From Octopus vulgaris (taxonomy: Eukaryota), in the NCBI GenBank assembly GCA_951406725.2, contig OX597818.1, forward strand, positions 40,424,001 to 40,488,000: 64,000 nt of DNA, read 5' to 3'. Within the stretch, counting starts at the first letter, position 1; each line of letters opens with the position of its first letter. Below the pieces are notes generated by a model that made no database searches, was not told the origin of the DNA, and saw only the letters and a list, made by a program, of their open reading frames with translations. The position numbers were made by a program, and so were the translations under genes. Shown here one piece after another: positions 40,361-54,520 of this stretch.

Positions 40361-40659
40361 ATAAGTGTATTAAAGGGGTCCGTGGGAAAACTCATTTAAA
40401 TAAAAAGGGTGGGAACCGTAGGTGGGAACCACTACTCTAGATAGTCGTTGTTGTTTCTGACTGTGTTATCAACGTGAATACAGAAATGCAATCACACATA
40501 ATGGGAAATTCCTTCAATCAATTAGGGTGACCCTAAAAGCGAATAGCAAAGAAACCCTTACTGGTTCTTAGCCTGTTGTGTCCATGCTGGAGCATTTAAG
40601 TGATACTTATATTAGAGGATTATCTTCCCAATAAGCATGACTGCATCATGAGGTAACGA

Positions 40660-40860
40660 GGAAACCTCTAACTGGTTGCCCGACCTGCTAGAAATAACAT
40701 CTAGGTGTCATTCAAATTATATACTGATGTCTTTAAAAGGAAGGACACATTGGATAATGTAGTCTTAGGTACACAATACTGAAAAAAGAAATAGAACATC
40801 TTTTGCCATAAGTCTGCTCAATCAAGGCTGACCTTGTACTCGTAATCATCAATAATAACG
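40660..40860 (+). mobile_element. old dispersed repeat (family H)
   Basis: cgacctgctagaaataaca...aaggaaggacacattggataatgtagtc. Confidence 0.55.
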
Positions 40861-41073
40861 ACGGAAATAGCAATAACAACAACATAGCTACATGGTCAAA
40901 TGCAGTTGTTTAGAAGATCACTGGAGGAAAGAATGAAATGAAAAATGAAAGATGAAACCAATTAGTTTAGCTACCAATTAAACAATCTGTTAATTAATGC
41001 TCTGAATAAACAAAACTGAAAAAAGACGACAGGACGCAACATACGCTAAATAAACTGTCGGCGAGAAGAAAGA

Positions 41074-41104
<31 letters not shown>

Positions 41105-41127
41105 GGGAAATTTACCTAACACCGTTC

Positions 41128-41183
<56 letters not shown>

Positions 41184-41607
41184 TAACAAAACGAATAATG
41201 ATATTAATAATAATAGCAATGACAACAGTTTATAACGATAAAACACTTCGTATGAGAGAGGCTTGTCGCCGACGGTAAATGTTTGAACAAACTAAAATGG
41301 AGGTAAATAAAGATGTATTCGTAAATACATTTTTCGCCGCCCCATTGTCGGTGTCCGAGGTGCACAACTGTATGTGTATTTATACGTCCAGTCTACACAC
41401 GTTTTGTGTGTCGTATGCGTATGTTTGAAAGCGGCAAAATCATTTATATATACATGCATTTATGAATTAATCAATTATGTTCTGCGTGTGAGTAAATATA
41501 ATTATAAGCTGTTATAAGCACGTAACAAGATAACTAAAGCAAATAGAAGCACACCTCCATACGCTCACACACGTATGTTACATATGGTAATATATCACAG
41601 ACATACG

Positions 41608-41650
<43 letters not shown>

Positions 41651-42028
41651 CTGTATGTGCCTGTGTGTATGTTTGTGTATTTGTTTCTGTCTGCGTAAGT
41701 TTTTATACCGTCCACTAATGATAGTATTCATACATTCAACTATCAAAGACATGAACTCAAGTTCAGAAAAAATGTACAGAATTTGTGTGTGTGTGTGTGT
41801 GTGTTTGTGTCTGTGTGTGTCTGTGTGTGTCTGTGCGTGTGCATGTGTGCGTGAACAGACTTAGTTTTGCGGGACTAGAATATCTTAATATAGAATATAT
41901 TTTATGTAATATCCATGGTACATATATAATGTTGTATTAGGAATATATACTTGCATAAATACATATACACACAATCATACACAGTACGTCTGCATTGCAC
42001 AAAAGGTTAGCCTGTTCACGTCAGCGCG

Positions 42029-42220
<192 letters not shown>

Positions 42221-42329
42221 CATATCGTTTATCTTTTTTCTTTTTTACCTGTTTCAGTCATTAGATTATTAGACTGAGGCCATGCTGGGGTACTTCTTTG
42301 AAGAATTTTTAGTCGAATGAATTGATACC

Positions 42330-43460
42330 AGACTTGCTATTCATCGTCTCTAGGACGTAGCACATAAGGTGGAGATTGTCGCCTATGGATCTATTGGGGG
42401 TTGCACATGTCTGAGCTGCTCCGACTAAACTGTCAGCGAGAAGCGTCAATCTCTTTGCCAACACTTCGGCCAAAATTTTAAACTCTGTATTTAGCAGGGT
42501 TAAGAGTCGGAAATTGTCTATAATATCCCCTTTATTGGCATCCTTCCTCAGCAAAAGCTTACATTTCTGGGAAATTCTCCCGTTTTGCTGCCAGTTGTGA
42601 TTGACATTTGCCAAGATGTCACCAATCAAGTCGGCATATATCCATAAAACATTCATACGGCAGATCATCCAAATCGGACAACTTGTCCCTTGTGCATCCA
42701 CTCAGTACTTTTTGGTATCTTATTTGCTATTATCGGCCTTTTACAACGCCTAGCCTCTCCTTCTAAGAGTTGCGGCAAGCCGTCCAAGTAGGTACTAAAG
42801 TCCATAATTCTCCATGTCCTATCGCTTTCTGTGAAGAGTTAGTGCTGCGGGAAGGCCACGTATATTTGTTCCGAACCGTGCAATACGCGCCCATCCTGAT
42901 CTGTTACAGACTGAATTGAGATTTTATTGCTACGTTGCGCCTCCACCACACGAGACCATGGGACGGCTCTCGTTCCTTCTTATTTTAGCGCACGAGATCT
43001 AGCCCTGACAATGCAACCATCGTGTTTCGCATTGAAGTAATGGTCGAGGGCCATCCTTGCCGCTAGCACGTTGGTCATGATGCCACTTCTAATTGCCTAA
43101 TCTAGTTCACTTACTAGCTCTTTCTCTGTTCCATTTCTCTTTATTACTTGCTCTTCATGAAATGCTGTTGACTCATGTTCAATTGCCCTCTTCATATTTC
43201 CCCACCAGCTGTTATGGATCCATTAGAGATCGCACATGTTTGAACTCCTCAGACGATTCCGTCCGCGATAAGCGTCAACAATGGCCAAAATTTTAAACAC
43301 TGGATTTAGATTCTCTTAATTAGCTCGTTAATCCGGTGTCTATAGTCTTTTCGCTCCGGAAAGATGCGTTCAACTTCCAGTAGACGACCAGTTTGAATTG
43401 TGGACACCCGAACATATCTTTGTCAGTTAGCTTGACGAATACTCTAAGAACGATCTAGAA
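42330..43460 (-). pseudogene. L1/Tx1-clade LINE reverse-transcriptase remnant
   Basis: LLRKDANKGDIIDNFRLLTLLNTEFKILAEVLAKRL...QTCATPNRSIGDNLHLM (start of the RT domain); extent beyond ~42700 approximate. Confidence 0.75.
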
Positions 43461-43645
43461 AACCGATCGTGGTTGCTTCATGATTACATTGGCACATTTG
43501 GGAGATCCAGTCGGTATCTATCAGACAATTGGAAAATACCATTCGAGACCCCTACAAGAACTAAAGAGAGGGATATTCCCGGCAAGATTGAAGAAGAAGA
43601 TGAAAAAGAAGAAGAAGGAAAAGAAGAAAACAAACATTCTGCCAA

Positions 43646-43814
43646 TGCTACTGTCACTACTACCACCACCTCTACGACTACTACTACCACTACTACTACA
43701 ACCACCACCACCACCTCTACTACTACAACTACTATTACTACGACTACTACCACCACCACATCTACTACTACTACTACTACTGCTACTACTACTACTACCA
43801 CCACCACGTCTACT

Positions 43815-43850
<36 letters not shown>

Positions 43851-43856
43851 ACACGT

Positions 43857-43905
<49 letters not shown>

Positions 43906-43934
43906 TACTACTACTACTACTACCACCAACACGT

Positions 43935-43999
<65 letters not shown>

Positions 44000-44007
44000 G
44001 CTGCTGC

Positions 44008-44043
<36 letters not shown>

Positions 44044-44085
44044 CACCACCACCACCACCACCACCACCACCACCACCACCACCAA
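43646..44085. repeat. (TAC)n/(CAC)n trinucleotide tract
   Basis: direct reading. Confidence 0.95.
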
Positions 44086-44383
44086 TAAACAAAAGCGAAC
44101 GAATCTTGTGTTTATTGTGATTTCGCTTTCACTATGGTGACGTTCACACTTTATCAGTACCGTGTGAAAATTGAAAAGAATCACTAATGGGTAATCTATG
44201 AAACATTTGGTAACATTAATGTTTCCTAGGAGCCTAATATGCATTTATTGCACCATTAAGTTTGGTTGCTGCTTTGTAATGACATTTCTTGGAAATATCG
44301 TTCCGCTAGTATAGGGGCGTTTATACATGGCGATCAAAATCTGTTTATGAATACGTGCAGCCGACATGGAATAGTGTAAATAT

Positions 44384-44465
<82 letters not shown>

Positions 44466-44589
44466 CTGTGTGTGTGTGTGTGTGCGTACGCAGTTAAGTT
44501 AGTGTTAACATATTTACTCATGGTAACATTAAAATGCTAACTAGCAATAATTAAAGCGCTGACGAGAATAGAAAAATCGATATCGTTTT

Positions 44590-44990
44590 TCTTTTAGCTA
44601 TTTCAGCCATTCAAATGCAGCCAAGCCAGAGCACCGCCTTGAATCGTTTAGCTGATCGCAGTACTTGGTTTGTTATACTCTGGTGCATATTCTGTATCGC
44701 TAAGTTACGGGGACGGAAACAAACCAACACCAGTAGTAAAGCGACAGGAGATAGAAGCACAAACAAACACACACATGCATACACACACACACACACACAT
44801 ATATACATGCATATGTACACATATACGCACATATATACAACGGGCTTTCATACATTTCTCCTAGAAAATTCGCTCACAAGGCATTCGTCGGTCCGAGGCT
44901 GTAGTAGAAACACTTGTCCAAGGTGCCGTGCAGTAGAACTGGGCCAGAAACCATCTGACTCTAAAACGAGCTTCTTAACCGCCCACACAT
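44590..44990 (-). mobile_element. SINE family B, diverged
   Basis: family match. Confidence 0.75.
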
Positions 44991-45986
44991 CCATACCTAC
45001 GGTTATTAATATCAATATTAGATATTCTTTGATAATAGTTTTAATTATTTTAGTAAGCTTCGTTTTTTGGGCTGGAAATGGGTTCTTTTACTTTTAGAGA
45101 GAAATTCGAAAATTAAACCAGATAAACTCACACGCGTGCACACACATGCGTACACACACATATGCATACACACGCATATGCATACACACACATATGCATA
45201 CACACACATATGCATACACACACATATGCATACACATCATGGCGTTGAATACAAGCATGTTGGCATAGAGGACTATTCATTCTTCAGAATAATGAGTACT
45301 ACTCCCTATAATTTTTGCCATCAACACAAGCCTAGTGATAGAAATTTTTGAGTAAATGCAAAAGAACACCCTTTTTTTTTTAAAGATCGTAGCGATAATC
45401 AAACAGTGAAATACAAACCACATACATACGTCACGGCGACGAAAGAATCCGGAGTCAGCGATAGCGGAACGGAAAAATAGAGAAAAATTCCATTGGACTT
45501 TCCAACAGAAACCAAGACCTATACCAGTTCTACTGAAAAGCAAGTTAAGATCTCTCGACAGGCTACATGAAGAGACTTTAAGAATATTGTAGTTATTAAG
45601 CAAACTATTTACCACATGGCCATTCCTGCGCCTATATATACACACATACGAAATGCATACATACATACATACAGACAGACAAACAGACAGAAAGGCTAGC
45701 ATCCTATTTGTGGAAACAAACAGCTGATGAAAATTGTAACTTACGTACCTGTTCATACACGGACATAAAGTGTGAGAAGGATATAATGATAGATTTGTAT
45801 ATATGTGTGTATGTACACATATACACATACATACATACATACATACATACATACATACATACATACATACATACATACATACATAATATATACATATATA
45901 CATATATATGGTTTTTGTATCGTCTATCTTTTGTTGTCCCCTTTTGTATCACCTAATTGTCCGGATGTATGTATATATTGTCCATG

Positions 45987-46082
<96 letters not shown>

Positions 46083-46166
46083 TTTTTGTATCGTCTATCT
46101 TTTGCTGTCCCCTTTTGTATCACCTAATTGTCCGGATGTTTTACGTTCTTGTCCCATTTTGTATTT

Positions 46167-46202
<36 letters not shown>

Positions 46203-47329
46203 AGAGAGAGAGAGAGAAATGAAAAGGAAAAGAAGTCGATAGATATAGAAATAGATAGACAGATAGATGAATAGGAAGAGTGAGAGAGAGAGAGAGAGAA
46301 AGAGAGAGGTAGAGAGAAAGTAGCAGACGAATTTTTTTTAACACCACCGGTAATCTTAATTAAAATCCCCAGATCAGTAACCCATCCACTGAACGTCATA
46401 TGAGATCGATGGCCAATTGTGTCAACGTCAAAGCAATGCCTACTCAGTGCCGACAAATACAGCGTCCACATTAGACATCGATAACACTTGATCTCGTTCT
46501 TTCTAGAAGTCGTCGGCGCCATTTTGTTCATTATGTTTCATAGTTAGCTTATTCCAGTAGAAAAGGCACAAATAAGCGGAACGGAATTGAATGCAAGAGA
46601 AAATAAACAACCTCTCTTTCGATCTTTCTATCTCACTGTCTTCTTACATTTCTTTCGTGTTTGATTTTTTTTGTTATTGAGAAAACACTAGAGACAGAAA
46701 TATTTGTATAAAGACTTAGAAGAGAATTACAAATATAATACATAAAAGAAATAATGCAGAAAATTGTGAGTCATTTGAGGGAATGGACAGATTTAGCCAA
46801 TAGTTGTGTTGGTGATGGATGCAGACAAGCTTGACTCAGAAAATCTAAGGATAAATAAATAAGAAAATAAAAGGAAAATAAAAGAAGAACATTGGAAGTA
46901 AAACAATAACCATAATAACAAAAAAGGAAGAAGGAATTGTGTGTGGTATTAATTATTTCTTTAGACAAGTTAGAAAGCCAATTCTGGTCTCACAAATGAA
47001 AGTTTATTGTCGAGGGAATAAGTCTTATTTATCATACTGGTATTTAAGCTGATTGACCCCCGGAGGATTAAAACGTAAAGTGGTTCCCAGCAAGATCTGA
47101 TGATCTGATGATCTGATGATCTGATGTTGAAAATGTTATATATAAGATTAAATATTATTACTTAACAATGTTTATTTAACACTCTGAATAAATTAAAAGC
47201 TACATCGTTCAAATTATAATAGGAGTATTAGAAATATAACAACTGCTTATACTACCACCACCACCACCACTACCACAACCACTACTACTACTGCCGCTGC
47301 TGCTACCGATGGTGGTGATAAAAGTGGAA

Positions 47330-47503
47330 AGTTCCCCTCCGGGCAAGGTTGTTTACGGAAGACTAGCAGTCACCCATACATACAAACCTCGCCTCTCCAC
47401 GCCACTGATGTTACCCAACGGAAAGGCAAAGGGGCCGATATAGCTTGGCACCAGTGACGTCGCAACTCATTTCAACAGCGAAGTGAACTGGAGCAACGTG
47501 AAA
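47330..47503 (-). mobile_element. SINE family C fragment
   Basis: reverse complement of 5225-5415. Confidence 0.8.
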
Positions 47504-47512
47504 TAATGCGTG

Positions 47513-47900
<388 letters not shown>

Positions 47901-47914
47901 GCAGGTAATCGAAC

Positions 47915-48093
47915 AGAAGGTAATGGCGAACTTCTGCTGACTCTTTCGCCACAACTTTCTCTCACTCTTACCTCCTGCATCTTGCAGCTCACCTGCGACG
48001 GACCGGCATCCCGTCCAGGTGGGGAACCTATACGCCAAGGAAACCGGGAAACCGGCCCTATGAGCCAGGCATGGCTCGAGAAAGAACAAACAA
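47915..48093 (+). mobile_element. SINE family D, 5'-truncated
   Basis: matches 26570-26750. Confidence 0.85.
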
Positions 48094-48379
48094 TAATATT
48101 AACAATTTTCTCAGAGCGTTGCGAGAGAGATGGAAAGAATTACAGGAGATTAAGATGACAATCTTGTGGTGCATTCGGTACAACATCCAAGCTACTACCT
48201 AAGAGACAGAAACTTATTGGTATTAAGAGCTGCGTTATCGTTCGGCAATAAAGTGCAATCCTGTTTTTTGTGCGAGAATTTTAAGACAGATTCTTTGAGA
48301 TTTGAAGAGACTGGTTGTTACCAAACATTCAAGACAGAATCCCCGCTGAATAATATTGCATGTGATAATTATGATAATG

Positions 48380-48690
48380 TTAGTGTTGTTGTTGTTGTAG
48401 TTGTTGTTGATGATGATGATGATGATGATGATGGTGGTGGTGTTGGTGGTGGTGGTGGTTGTGATGATGATGATGATGATGAATGATAATGATGATGACG
48501 ATGATGATAGTGATGATGGTGGTGGTGGTGGTGGTGGTGGTGATGATGATAATGATGACGATAGTGATGGTGGTGGTGATGATGATGATGATGATGATGA
48601 TGAGGAGGAGGATAATGATGACGATGCTGGTAGTGGTACTGGTGGTGATGGTGGTCATGATGACGACGATGGTGATGATGATGATGATGC
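48380..48690. repeat. (GAT/GGT/GTT)n cryptic repeat
   Basis: direct reading. Confidence 0.9.
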
Positions 48691-48991
48691 AGTCAGCAAT
48701 TTTCGGTGATGGGAAAATATCGACTACATCGAACCAAAAACCCTACTGGTGCTTATTTTATCAACGTTCCTCTGGACACCAATGTGGTTTGGAACCTTAC
48801 TCCCGCTTAGATTTTATATACGTACTTATATTTACACACGCAAACCACACGCTCACACACTCACACACACAAACATTGACATATATATATATAGTTAATC
48901 CAAACATGAACAAAGAGAAAACACAACAACGCGAGGACGTGGAACAAGTATAGTGTTATTGGACACTCAGGAAAGGAAAGAAAGAAGAAGG

Positions 48992-49026
48992 ATTTAACGT
49001 TTCGAGCGGAGCTCTTCGTCAGAAAC
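48992..49026 (-). ncRNA. minimal type-I hammerhead in a ~210-bp insert (48893-49100) flanked by (TA)n
   Basis: gttt CTGACGA A GAGC tcc GCTC GAA ACGT T aaat. Confidence 0.7.
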
Positions 49027-49098
49027 ATAGAAAAAAGAAAGGTCCAAGGAAGGGAAGACGGAGAAAGAAAATCGCCAACGATACATACGCGGTCACAT

Positions 49099-49141
<43 letters not shown>

Positions 49142-49481
49142 TTATGTGCATTTACCCATTGCCGTAGCAAGGTACACTTTAAAAAATAGCTTAAAACCAC
49201 TCCAAGAGAGAGAAGTAAAGAGAGACAGAGACGGTTAGAGAGTGAGTGAGGAAGAGAGTTTACAGAAGAGAGCGAGTGAGAGTGGGAGGAAAGGGGGAAG
49301 AGCGAGAGAGAGTGAGAGAGTGACGAAACGTGTGAGAGAGAAAACTGTAAATTGTGTTCATGATTTTCTCAGTCATAAGAGAAATAGTAAATTTGATACA
49401 TTTACAAATTTTATACCATGCTTTAATGGTATGTGAACTGTGTTCTCCGCTGACTGGCGTTTGATATCAAATAATGCATTA

Positions 49482-50068
49482 GAGCGGTGAGCTGGTAGAA
49501 ACGTTAGCACGCCGGGCGAAATGCTTTGTGGTATTTCGTCCGCCGCTACGTTCTGTGTTCAAATTCTGCCGAGGTCGACTTTGCCTTTCATCCTTTCGGG
49601 GTCTATTAAATAAGTACCAGTTACGCACTGGGGTCGATATAATCGACTTAATCCGTTTGTCCGTCCTGGTTTGTCCTCTCTGTGTTTAGCCCCTTGTGGG
49701 TAGTAAAGAAGTAGGTATTTCGTCTGCCGTTACGTTCTGAGTTCAAATTCCGCCGAGGTCGACTTTGCCTTTCATCCTTTCGGGGTCAATTAAATAAGTA
49801 CCAGTTACGCACTGGGTCGATATAATCGACTTAATCTGTTTGTCTGTCCTTGTTTGTCCTCTCTGTGGGTAGTAAAGAAATAGGTATTTCGTCTGGTGTT
49901 ACGTTCTGAGTTCAAATTCCGCAGAGGTCGACTTTGCCTTTCCTCTTTCCGAGGTCGATGAATAAAGTACAAGTTACGCACTGGGGTCGATGTAATTGAC
50001 TTAATCCAGTTGTCTGTCCTTGTTTGTCCCCTCTATGTTTAACCCCTTGTGGGCAATAAAGAAATAAG
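49482..50068 (+). mobile_element. SINE family A trimer
   Basis: bodies restart at gtatttcgtc at 49531, 49715 and 49884. Confidence 0.9.
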
Positions 50069-50080
50069 ATAATGCACTTA

Positions 50081-50166
50081 TCATATGCAAATTAGTACGC
50101 GTGTCATATGCAAATTAGTACACTTGTCATATGCAAATCACTACAGTTGTCATATGCAAATTAGTA
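50081..50166 (+). promoter_or_regulatory. 4x octamer (ATGCAAAT) array, 23-bp period
   Basis: ATGCAAAT at 50085, 50108, 50131 and 50154; function inferred. Confidence 0.5.
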
Positions 50167-50914
50167 TCTCCAGTACTTTGAAATGACCAGATTTGATGTA
50201 TATAAATCGACAGGCTACTTGTTTGTCCGAGATTGTCAACCGATGCAGATATTCAGCACTGGAATTAAGGACAACGATTAGATTAGTATAGAATATTCTG
50301 ACTGCGAAATAGAAGCGTATAATTTGGACCTTTGATGTAATCAAAATAATGGAGATGCTGTTGGACTGGATAAACTCTCTTCTGTAGAGAATCAGACATT
50401 TTGGCACGGCGACACTCAAATGACTGAAGCAAGTGAAAGAATAACAATAAACTAATAAAATGCAATGACTCTCTGTCCCTTCCTTTTAGTTTTTTTTTCT
50501 CTCTCTCCTTCTAAGTGTATATTTGCGTGCTTGTGCGTGCGTGTGTGAGCGTGTTTACTTCTAGTGCCAAAAAGTACCGTCATCAAAAGAGATTCTATGT
50601 CCAGTTAGCCGAGCCAAATCACCAGCAGCACAACCGTGCCCCATCGTCTCATCCTGTGTCTGTGTAAATGAAATACCTTTCATTTCTTTTTTTAACTTTC
50701 TCTTCCACATATATCTCACCCGCACATTTTGTATATCAATATGATGTGTATGACCGTAAAATGATGCAAGGCATTAGTTCGTCGATAGACTATTTCGAGT
50801 TCGATTCCCGACGCTTCCAACTGCATATGAATTTGCCATCACATGAAGTCTATTGTTTTCTACACTATATCACCGGCCAAAAAGTATCGATTACAATACA
50901 ACTGAACAATACGT

Positions 50915-51520
50915 TAATCATCATCATCATCATCATCATCAACATCATCCTGATCCTCCTCTCCTCCTCCTCCTCATCATCATCACCATCCTCCTCCTCC
51001 TCCTCATCATCATCACCATTCTCCTCCTCCTCATCATCATCACCATCCTCCTCCTCATCATCATCACCACCACCATCCTCCTCCTCCTCCTCATCATCAT
51101 CATCATCATCAACATCATCATCATCATCATCACCATCATCGGCCCCCACCAGTAATAACAACAGCTTCTCTTTCACTATCCATGACCAAAACCACCATGA
51201 CCATCGCCACCACTGCCACCACTGCTACCACCACCACCACCACCACCACCACCACCACCACCAATACTACCAACATCAACAATGACATTAATACCACTAA
51301 AACCATCAACATTACCACATCACCAGTATTACCATAATTACCATCATCATCGTCATCGTCACCATCATAATTATCATCCTAATCATCATCACCATGATCG
51401 TCCCGATCACGATCCTCCTCCCATTCCTCTTCCTCCTCCTCATTACCATTATCATTATGATGACGACGATGATGATCATGCTGCTGCTGCTGATGATGGT
51501 TATGAACATGATTATGACCG
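50915..51520. repeat. (CAT/CCT/CAC)n cryptic trinucleotide tract
   Basis: direct reading. Confidence 0.9.
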
Positions 51521-52129
51521 CCATCATTCTAATCAACATTTGTTGACTTCCGTTTCCAGTGCCATTGTTACCAATAATTTAGCATTTTTTCTTCATTCCG
51601 AATCGTTTCAAATATCTAATAAATATTCATTTTCCCCCAGATGGACATTAGAGAAGAAACAAGTATCTTTTATAGACTTTGGTCAAATAGTAAGGCTTAT
51701 TTTTTTTCTCTACACACCAAGAAACTGCCAGCGTATATATGATACAGTAACACACACATACACACACGCACACACATGCATGCATATGCACGTACACATG
51801 CATGCATGCACGCATATAACCATACACACAGACACATAGACACAGACACACCCACAGATTCACACACGCACGCATACACCCTGACACACACACACACTCA
51901 CACAGACAAACACTGACACGCACACGGCCACACACTCACATACACACACAGACACACATACACAAGACACACAGACATACCGACGCACTCAGACATACCG
52001 ATGCACACACACACACACATACACACACACACATATATATATAGGCACACACAGCCTCCCTTTCTCTCTTTCTCTTTCCACACTCACGTACATGGCCTCT
52101 CTCTCTCCCTCTCTTTCTGTTTTTCCACA

Positions 52130-52211
<82 letters not shown>

Positions 52212-52552
52212 AAGTAAAAAAACGAAACAAAGAAAAAAATGAGCCGGCAGGGAATCTATTATCGAAGTCTAAGTGCCAATTGGGAAAATGAATAGTATAA
52301 AAGAGTTTTACGGACAAACAAATGAAGACAATGGCCAAAGAGATAAACACTTAGAAAATATTATACTACTTTAACCATCGTATCCTTGTTAGTGTCCAAT
52401 ATCAAGTGTTTTGTGTTGTTTTGGTTTGTTGTTCTGCAGTTGTTGTCTTTAATTACCAACTATTTTCCCATTCCGAAACTGAATTTCTTCCTCCGCAAGC
52501 TTACAACATAATTCTCTTAACATTTCATTTTTGCCTTTCGAACATCAATCTG

Positions 52553-52630
<78 letters not shown>

Positions 52631-52647
52631 CATCTATCTGTCGGTCG

Positions 52648-52678
<31 letters not shown>

Positions 52679-52679
52679 A

Positions 52680-52710
<31 letters not shown>

Positions 52711-52879
52711 CATCCATCCATCTATCTGTCTGTCTTACTCTCCGTTTGTTTATCTTTCAGTCTATCAATACTTTTCCCTCTGACCCTGCCTTTTCATTCT
52801 CTCTCTCTCTTTCTCACCCTCTCTCTCTCTCTCTCCTTCTCTCTTCTCGCACTCACACACACACATATCTTTTTGATAA

Positions 52880-53000
52880 CTACGTTAAGGTTACGCATGT
52901 CTGTGGAGTGCTCAGCCACTCGCACGTTAATTTCACGAACCGGCTGTTCCGTTGATCGAATCCAACTAGAACACTCGTCGCTGTAACAGACTGGGAGCCA
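52880..53000 (+). mobile_element. SINE tail E fragment
   Basis: gagtgctcagccact..ttaatttcacga..ctgttccgttgatc. Confidence 0.65.
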
Positions 53001-53217
53001 GAACATATATGTATAAACTAAAGTAGTACTCAATACTTTTGGTAGAGCACATATTTGTAATAATTCAACAAGACGAGTGGTGACAGAGATTAAATAATTT
53101 TCGATAGAGAAGTGTATCGGTTATGGCAACATCCTTTCCTGTTTTCAATTAATGTCCACGTTTAGGCTGCGTAATAACCAAGACCGATCTTAACGACTGA
53201 CTAATGTTTCTAATTTA

Positions 53218-53484
53218 TCTATTGTTTCAGTCATTAGACTATGGCCATGCTGGGGTACCACCGCAATGTGCTTTAGTCGAACAAATCAACTCCAGTACTT
53301 ATATATTTTTAAGCATCGTGCTTATTTTATCGGTATCATATGCAGAACGACTATCTCTCAGTATTCGCCTACCAAATCCGTTCACAAGGTTTTGGTCGGT
53401 CCATGACTATAGTGGTAGACACTTTCCCAAGGTGCAGTGCAGTGGAACTGAAGCCGGGACAAAATGATTCAGAATCAAACTTCT
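53218..53484 (-). mobile_element. SINE family B, diverged
   Basis: family match. Confidence 0.75.
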
Positions 53485-53900
53485 TATTTCTTTATTGCCC
53501 ACATGGGGCTTAACATAGAGGGGACAAACAAGGACAGACAAACGGATTAAGTCGATTACATCGACCCCAGTGCGTAACTGGTACTTAATTTATCGACCCC
53601 GAAAGGATGAAAGGCAAAGTCGACCTCGGCGGAATTTGAACTCAGAACGTAGCGGCAGACGAAATACCTATTTCTTTACTACCCACAAGGGGCTAAACAC
53701 AGAGAGGACAAACAAAGACAGACAAACGGATTAAGTCGATTATATCGACCCCAGAGCATAACTGGTGCTTATTTAATCGATCCCGAAAGGATGAAAGGCA
53801 AAGTCGACCTCGGCGGAATTTGAACTCAGAACGTAACAGCAGACGAAATACCGCTAAGCATTTTGTCCGGCGTGCTAACGTTTCTGCCAGCTCGCCACCT
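53485..53900 (-). mobile_element. SINE family A dimer
   Basis: junction gacgaaatacctatttcttt at ~53658-53677. Confidence 0.9.
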
Positions 53901-54094
53901 TCTGAGAACATAACAACGCCTGCGCCTGATTTATATAATTTGTTTACAGACGTAGTGCCGTATAAAATTTTAAAGTATAACCCAAAGCATTATAGGCTTT
54001 CAACCCCCATAACATAAAGATTAGTTACTGTTACTTAGAGAACATTGCTTCTAACATCGCACGCTGCAAGGGACGCAAGCACACAACTACAGCC

Positions 54095-54520
54095 TCCAAG
54101 TCGTACCCAAAACTGTAAATTACGTAATCCTACCAACTGCCTACTGGAAGGATCTTTTCTCTAAAGAGTTATAGTCTAAAGATCCATATTCACACCAACT
54201 GTTTGCGTTACAAGGCATTACAAGGGCATGGCATAAATTCAAGGGAGCCCATATACTACATATGTACTTTTTTAGGCGCAGAGATATGAAAAAAGTCCAC
54301 GTCCCTTTCCTGTTTCACCTGGAGACTCAACGAACATCGGAACGACTTCCCTAGCATTAAATGGTGTATAATTCACAAGTAATCCTTTAATTACTTGGAA
54401 CTTGCAATTGCCAGTACTGCCTCCGAAGAGACATACTTAACCAAACTGCAGTGCTCATGAATCGAAAGAATGAGCTATTTAATTGTTGCCACAAGCGGTA
54501 TGCCCTTTTAATGAACAGCA
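54095..54520 (+). pseudogene. Penelope-like (Neptune-type) GIY-YIG endonuclease remnant
   Basis: NCKLRNPTNCLLEGSFL*RVIV (CNCR..CPL.G.CL..VIY), KSTSLSCFTWRL, SIKWCII, CQYCL, LMNRKNELFNCCHKR. Confidence 0.7.

Noticed and set aside
43473-44244. Mucin-like or poly-amino-acid ORFs (also 47472-47718, 48380-48953, 50668-51839)
   Set aside because: Trinucleotide simple repeats open on both strands, with no splice or domain evidence
46320-46540. Possible promoter (CGCCATTTT YY1-like motif, locally CpG-richer; similar patch at 41240-41400)
   Set aside because: Single short motifs are expected by chance; no supporting gene structure
47094-47126. Repeated CTGATGA
   Set aside because: An 8-bp tandem (GATCTGAT)x4 without hammerhead stems
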